Source: Escherichia coli (lineage in GTDB: Bacteria > Pseudomonadota > Gammaproteobacteria > Enterobacterales > Enterobacteriaceae). From it: DNA of 64,000 bases. The stretch lies in assembly GCF_029227855.1 (NCBI RefSeq), contig NZ_CP074356.1. One strand, written 5' to 3'. A program made the translations under genes and the position numbers. Below the pieces are notes generated by a model. It saw only the letters and a list, made by a program, of their open reading frames with translations, ran no database searches and was not told the DNA's origin. Of this stretch, positions 61,046 through 64,000 are shown piece after piece (the stretch's first letter is position 1; each line of letters opens with the position of its first letter).

Positions 61046-62083
61046 TCAAGACGCCTTCGCCAGCTCCTTCACCAGCGGTAGCATTATCCGCATAACATCA
61101 CGGCAGCGACGTTCTATTCTTCCAGGAAGTGCCTTATCAATATGTTGTTGATTATCCAGTCTTACGTCATGCCAGCTATTTCCCGCAGGGAATGCAGCTG
61201 TTTTTGCGCGTTGCTGATAACCATCCTTATTCCCAAGATTCCAATTTGTTGCTTCTACCGAAAGTACGGCAATACCGGCTTTGTCGAAAACTTCGGCATC
61301 ATTACAACAGCCAGTACCCTTCGGATAATTTTTATTCAAACCCGGATTGGTCGTTGCGGCAATTCCATGACTACGCGCAATTGCCAGCGCCCTGTCGCGC
61401 GTTAATTTCCTTACTGCTTCAGGGGTTTTTACACCGCTGTTGAAATACAATTTATCGCCAACAATTAAGTTATCGAGATTAATCACCAGCAGCGTATTTT
61501 TCTTTTCGGTGTCACTCATCCGCTTGAGTAAATTCTCAGCGCCTAATTTCCCTTCCTCTTCGCCGCTGGTCGCCACAAATCGAATACCATACTCGGTAGG
61601 CGTATTTTTCAGGCGTTCTGCCAGTTCCAGCATGACACCTAAACCTGCAGCGTTATCATCCATTCCTTGTAACGTCAGTCCGCCGAGATTGGCATCGGCG
61701 TCAGCATCGCTCAGCGGGGCGTAAGTATCCAGATGCGCCATAATGATGATCTGCTGCGGCGCTTTGCCTTCATGAGCGGCAATCACCGTACTTCCCGTCA
61801 CGTTATGCCAGCTCTTGCGATTATCGCGGGCGGTATAAATATACCGACTATTAAATGTCCGAATATCACTGCGATAACCCATTTGCTGAAACTGTTGGCG
61901 AATATAATCGGCAGATAACATTTCTGCAGGAGTTCCGGTCATGCGTCCCGGAAAGAAAGTAGCAATATGTCGTGCCTGAGTATTAGCAAAATCGCCAGGT
62001 TTAGCTGACGAGGCGTGTACGGGGAGAATAAAGCATACGCCGAGCGCCAGGGCAGCGGTACGGTGGCGCAATGCGGAAAACAT
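61046..62083 (-). CDS. iap: Alkaline phosphatase isozyme conversion aminopeptidase, 345 aa
   Basis: ORF track 345 aa MFSALRHRTAALALGVCFILPVHASSAKPG... with signal peptide. Confidence 0.9.
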   Translation of the reverse strand: MFSALRHRTAALALGVCFILPVHASSAKPGDFANTQARHIATFFPGRMTGTPAEMLSADYIRQQFQQMGYRSDIRTFNSRYIYTARDNRKSWHNVTGSTVIAAHEGKAPQQIIIMAHLDTYAPLSDADADANLGGLTLQGMDDNAAGLGVMLELAERLKNTPTEYGIRFVATSGEEEGKLGAENLLKRMSDTEKKNTLLVINLDNLIVGDKLYFNSGVKTPEAVRKLTRDRALAIARSHGIAATTNPGLNKNYPKGTGCCNDAEVFDKAGIAVLSVEATNWNLGNKDGYQQRAKTAAFPAGNSWHDVRLDNQQHIDKALPGRIERRCRDVMRIMLPLVKELAKAS

Positions 62084-62334
62084 AGTGAGTCCTTAAATAC
62101 CATGCAAATTTTTTTACCGCCATAGTATGAAACTGCCGATGCGCTAAAACAATTTCAAATCTTCCTAAACGCCCGAAATCCGGTGCCTTAAGCACTTTTT
62201 GATATTAGCTTTGCCAAATCGTTATTCCGTTAAGGAACTACTCATTCTAATTGGTAATTTCATTCGTTCTCTTACGCTCCCTATAGTCGAAACATCTGAT
62301 GGCAAGAAAATAGCGGTATTGCAAAGGAACGGTT

Positions 62335-63243
62335 ATGGATCAAAAACGACTTACTCACCTGCGGCAACTGGAGGCGGAAAGCATCCACATTATTCGCGAG
62401 GTGGCGGCAGAATTCTCAAATCCGGTGATGCTCTACTCTATCGGTAAAGATTCCAGCGTCATGCTGCATCTGGCGCGCAAGGCGTTTTATCCAGGTACGC
62501 TGCCTTTCCCGTTGCTGCATGTCGATACCGGCTGGAAATTCCGCGAGATGTATGAGTTCCGCGATCGTACGGCTAAAGCCTACGGCTGCGAGCTGCTGGT
62601 GCATAAAAACCCGGAAGGCGTGGCGATGGGGATTAATCCATTCGTTCATGGCAGCGCGAAACATACCGATATTATGAAAACTGAAGGCCTGAAACAGGCG
62701 CTGAATAAATACGGTTTTGATGCCGCCTTCGGTGGTGCGCGCCGCGACGAAGAGAAATCCCGCGCTAAAGAGCGAATCTACTCTTTCCGTGACCGCTTCC
62801 ATCGCTGGGATCCGAAAAATCAGCGCCCGGAGCTGTGGCACAACTACAACGGGCAAATTAACAAAGGCGAAAGCATCCGCGTCTTCCCGCTCTCTAACTG
62901 GACCGAGCAGGATATCTGGCAATATATCTGGCTGGAAAATATCGACATTGTGCCGCTGTATCTCGCTGCGGAACGACCGGTTCTGGAACGCGACGGTATG
63001 TTGATGATGATTGATGACAACCGTATCGACCTGCAACCGGGCGAAGTGATTAAAAAACGGATGGTGCGTTTCCGTACGCTGGGCTGCTGGCCGCTGACCG
63101 GCGCGGTGGAGTCAAATGCGCAAACACTGCCGGAAATCATCGAAGAGATGCTGGTTTCCACCACCAGTGAACGTCAGGGCCGCGTGATTGACCGCGACCA
63201 GGCGGGGTCTATGGAGCTGAAAAAACGTCAGGGGTATTTTTAA
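62335..63243 (+). CDS. cysD: Sulfate adenylyltransferase subunit 2, 302 aa
   Basis: ORF track 302 aa [27 protein letters not shown]... Confidence 0.96.
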   Translation: MDQKRLTHLRQLEAESIHIIREVAAEFSNPVMLYSIGKDSSVMLHLARKAFYPGTLPFPLLHVDTGWKFREMYEFRDRTAKAYGCELLVHKNPEGVAMGINPFVHGSAKHTDIMKTEGLKQALNKYGFDAAFGGARRDEEKSRAKERIYSFRDRFHRWDPKNQRPELWHNYNGQINKGESIRVFPLSNWTEQDIWQYIWLENIDIVPLYLAAERPVLERDGMLMMIDDNRIDLQPGEVIKKRMVRFRTLGCWPLTGAVESNAQTLPEIIEEMLVSTTSERQGRVIDRDQAGSMELKKRQGYF

Positions 63244-63244
63244 G

Positions 63245-64000
63245 ATGAACACCGCACTTGCACAACAAATCGCCAATGAAGGCGGCGTCGAAGCCTGGAT
63301 GATTGCGCAACAACATAAAAGCCTGCTGCGTTTTCTGACCTGTGGTAGCGTCGATGACGGCAAAAGTACCCTGATTGGTCGCCTGCTGCACGATACCCGC
63401 CAAATCTACGAAGATCAGCTCTCATCGCTGCATAACGACAGTAAACGTCACGGCACCCAGGGCGAAAAACTGGATCTGGCACTTCTGGTGGACGGCCTGC
63501 AAGCTGAGCGCGAACAGGGCATCACCATTGACGTGGCTTACCGTTATTTCTCTACCGAGAAGCGTAAATTTATTATCGCCGATACCCCAGGGCACGAGCA
63601 GTACACTCGCAATATGGCGACTGGCGCATCGACATGTGAACTGGCGATCTTACTGATCGATGCCCGTAAAGGCGTGCTCGATCAAACCCGTCGTCACAGT
63701 TTTATCTCCACACTGTTGGGGATCAAACATCTGGTCGTGGCGATCAACAAAATGGATCTGGTGGATTACAGTGAAGAGACGTTCACCCGTATTCGTGAAG
63801 ATTATCTGACCTTTGCCGGGCAGCTGCCGGGTAATCTGGATATCCGCTTTGTGCCGCTCTCCGCACTGGAAGGTGACAACGTGGCTTCGCAAAGTGAAAG
63901 TATGCCGTGGTACAGCGGTCCGACACTGCTCGAAGTGCTGGAAACCGTGGAGATCCAGCGAGTGGTGGATGCCCAGCCAATGCGCTTCCCGGTGCAGTAC
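63245..64000 (+). CDS. cysN: Sulfate adenylyltransferase subunit 1 (GTPase), N-terminal 252 codons, truncated by window end
   Basis: ATG at 63245 one nt after the cysD stop; hand translation [48 protein letters not shown]... with G1 motif GSVDDGKST; not in ORF track because no stop within window. Confidence 0.92.
   Translation, partial: MNTALAQQIANEGGVEAWMIAQQHKSLLRFLTCGSVDDGKSTLIGRLLHDTRQIYEDQLSSLHNDSKRHGTQGEKLDLALLVDGLQAEREQGITIDVAYRYFSTEKRKFIIADTPGHEQYTRNMATGASTCELAILLIDARKGVLDQTRRHSFISTLLGIKHLVVAINKMDLVDYSEETFTRIREDYLTFAGQLPGNLDIRFVPLSALEGDNVASQSESMPWYSGPTLLEVLETVEIQRVVDAQPMRFPVQY

Noticed and set aside
62199-62447. 82-aa ORF in the iap-cysD intergenic region
   Set aside because: Overlaps the cysD start in another frame; region is the cysDNC promoter.

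Overview
This 64 kb window reads as an Escherichia coli (or very close relative) chromosomal segment, collinear with and reverse-complemented relative to the K-12 fuc to cysN region. All identifications rest on reading the ORF-track translations and the nucleotide sequence and on recalled knowledge of these families; no database search or computation was run, and hand-counted coordinates for non-ORF features may be off by 1-2 nt. Left to right: fucU(partial)-fucKIP(-), fucAO(+), xni, sdaB, sdaC, ppnN, queF(-), syd(+), the CsrA-sequestering sRNA csrB(+), yqcC-truC-yqcA, gudP-gudX-gudD(+), barA(-), rlmD, relA, mazG, pyrG, eno(+), ygcG(-), queE(+), a 10-repeat CRISPR array with a short degenerate second array, the poorly characterised ygcE/yqcE/ygcWUSRQ/ygcPON cluster, queD(-), cysJIH(+), a hok-family type I toxin gene, a complete type I-E CRISPR-Cas operon (cas3-cse1-cse2-cas7-cas5-cas6e-cas1-cas2) followed by its leader and an 11-repeat array, then iap(-), cysD and the start of cysN. 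I did not find a clearly novel gene system: every ORF of substantial size is accounted for by a recognisable conserved gene. The observations most worth a second look are an apparent frameshift near the 3' end of cas3, the absence of mazEF between relA and mazG, candidate leader terminator and CRP elements in the ygc cluster (which also encodes a GlpP-like antiterminator), and the hokX-like toxin locus abutting the cas3 promoter.
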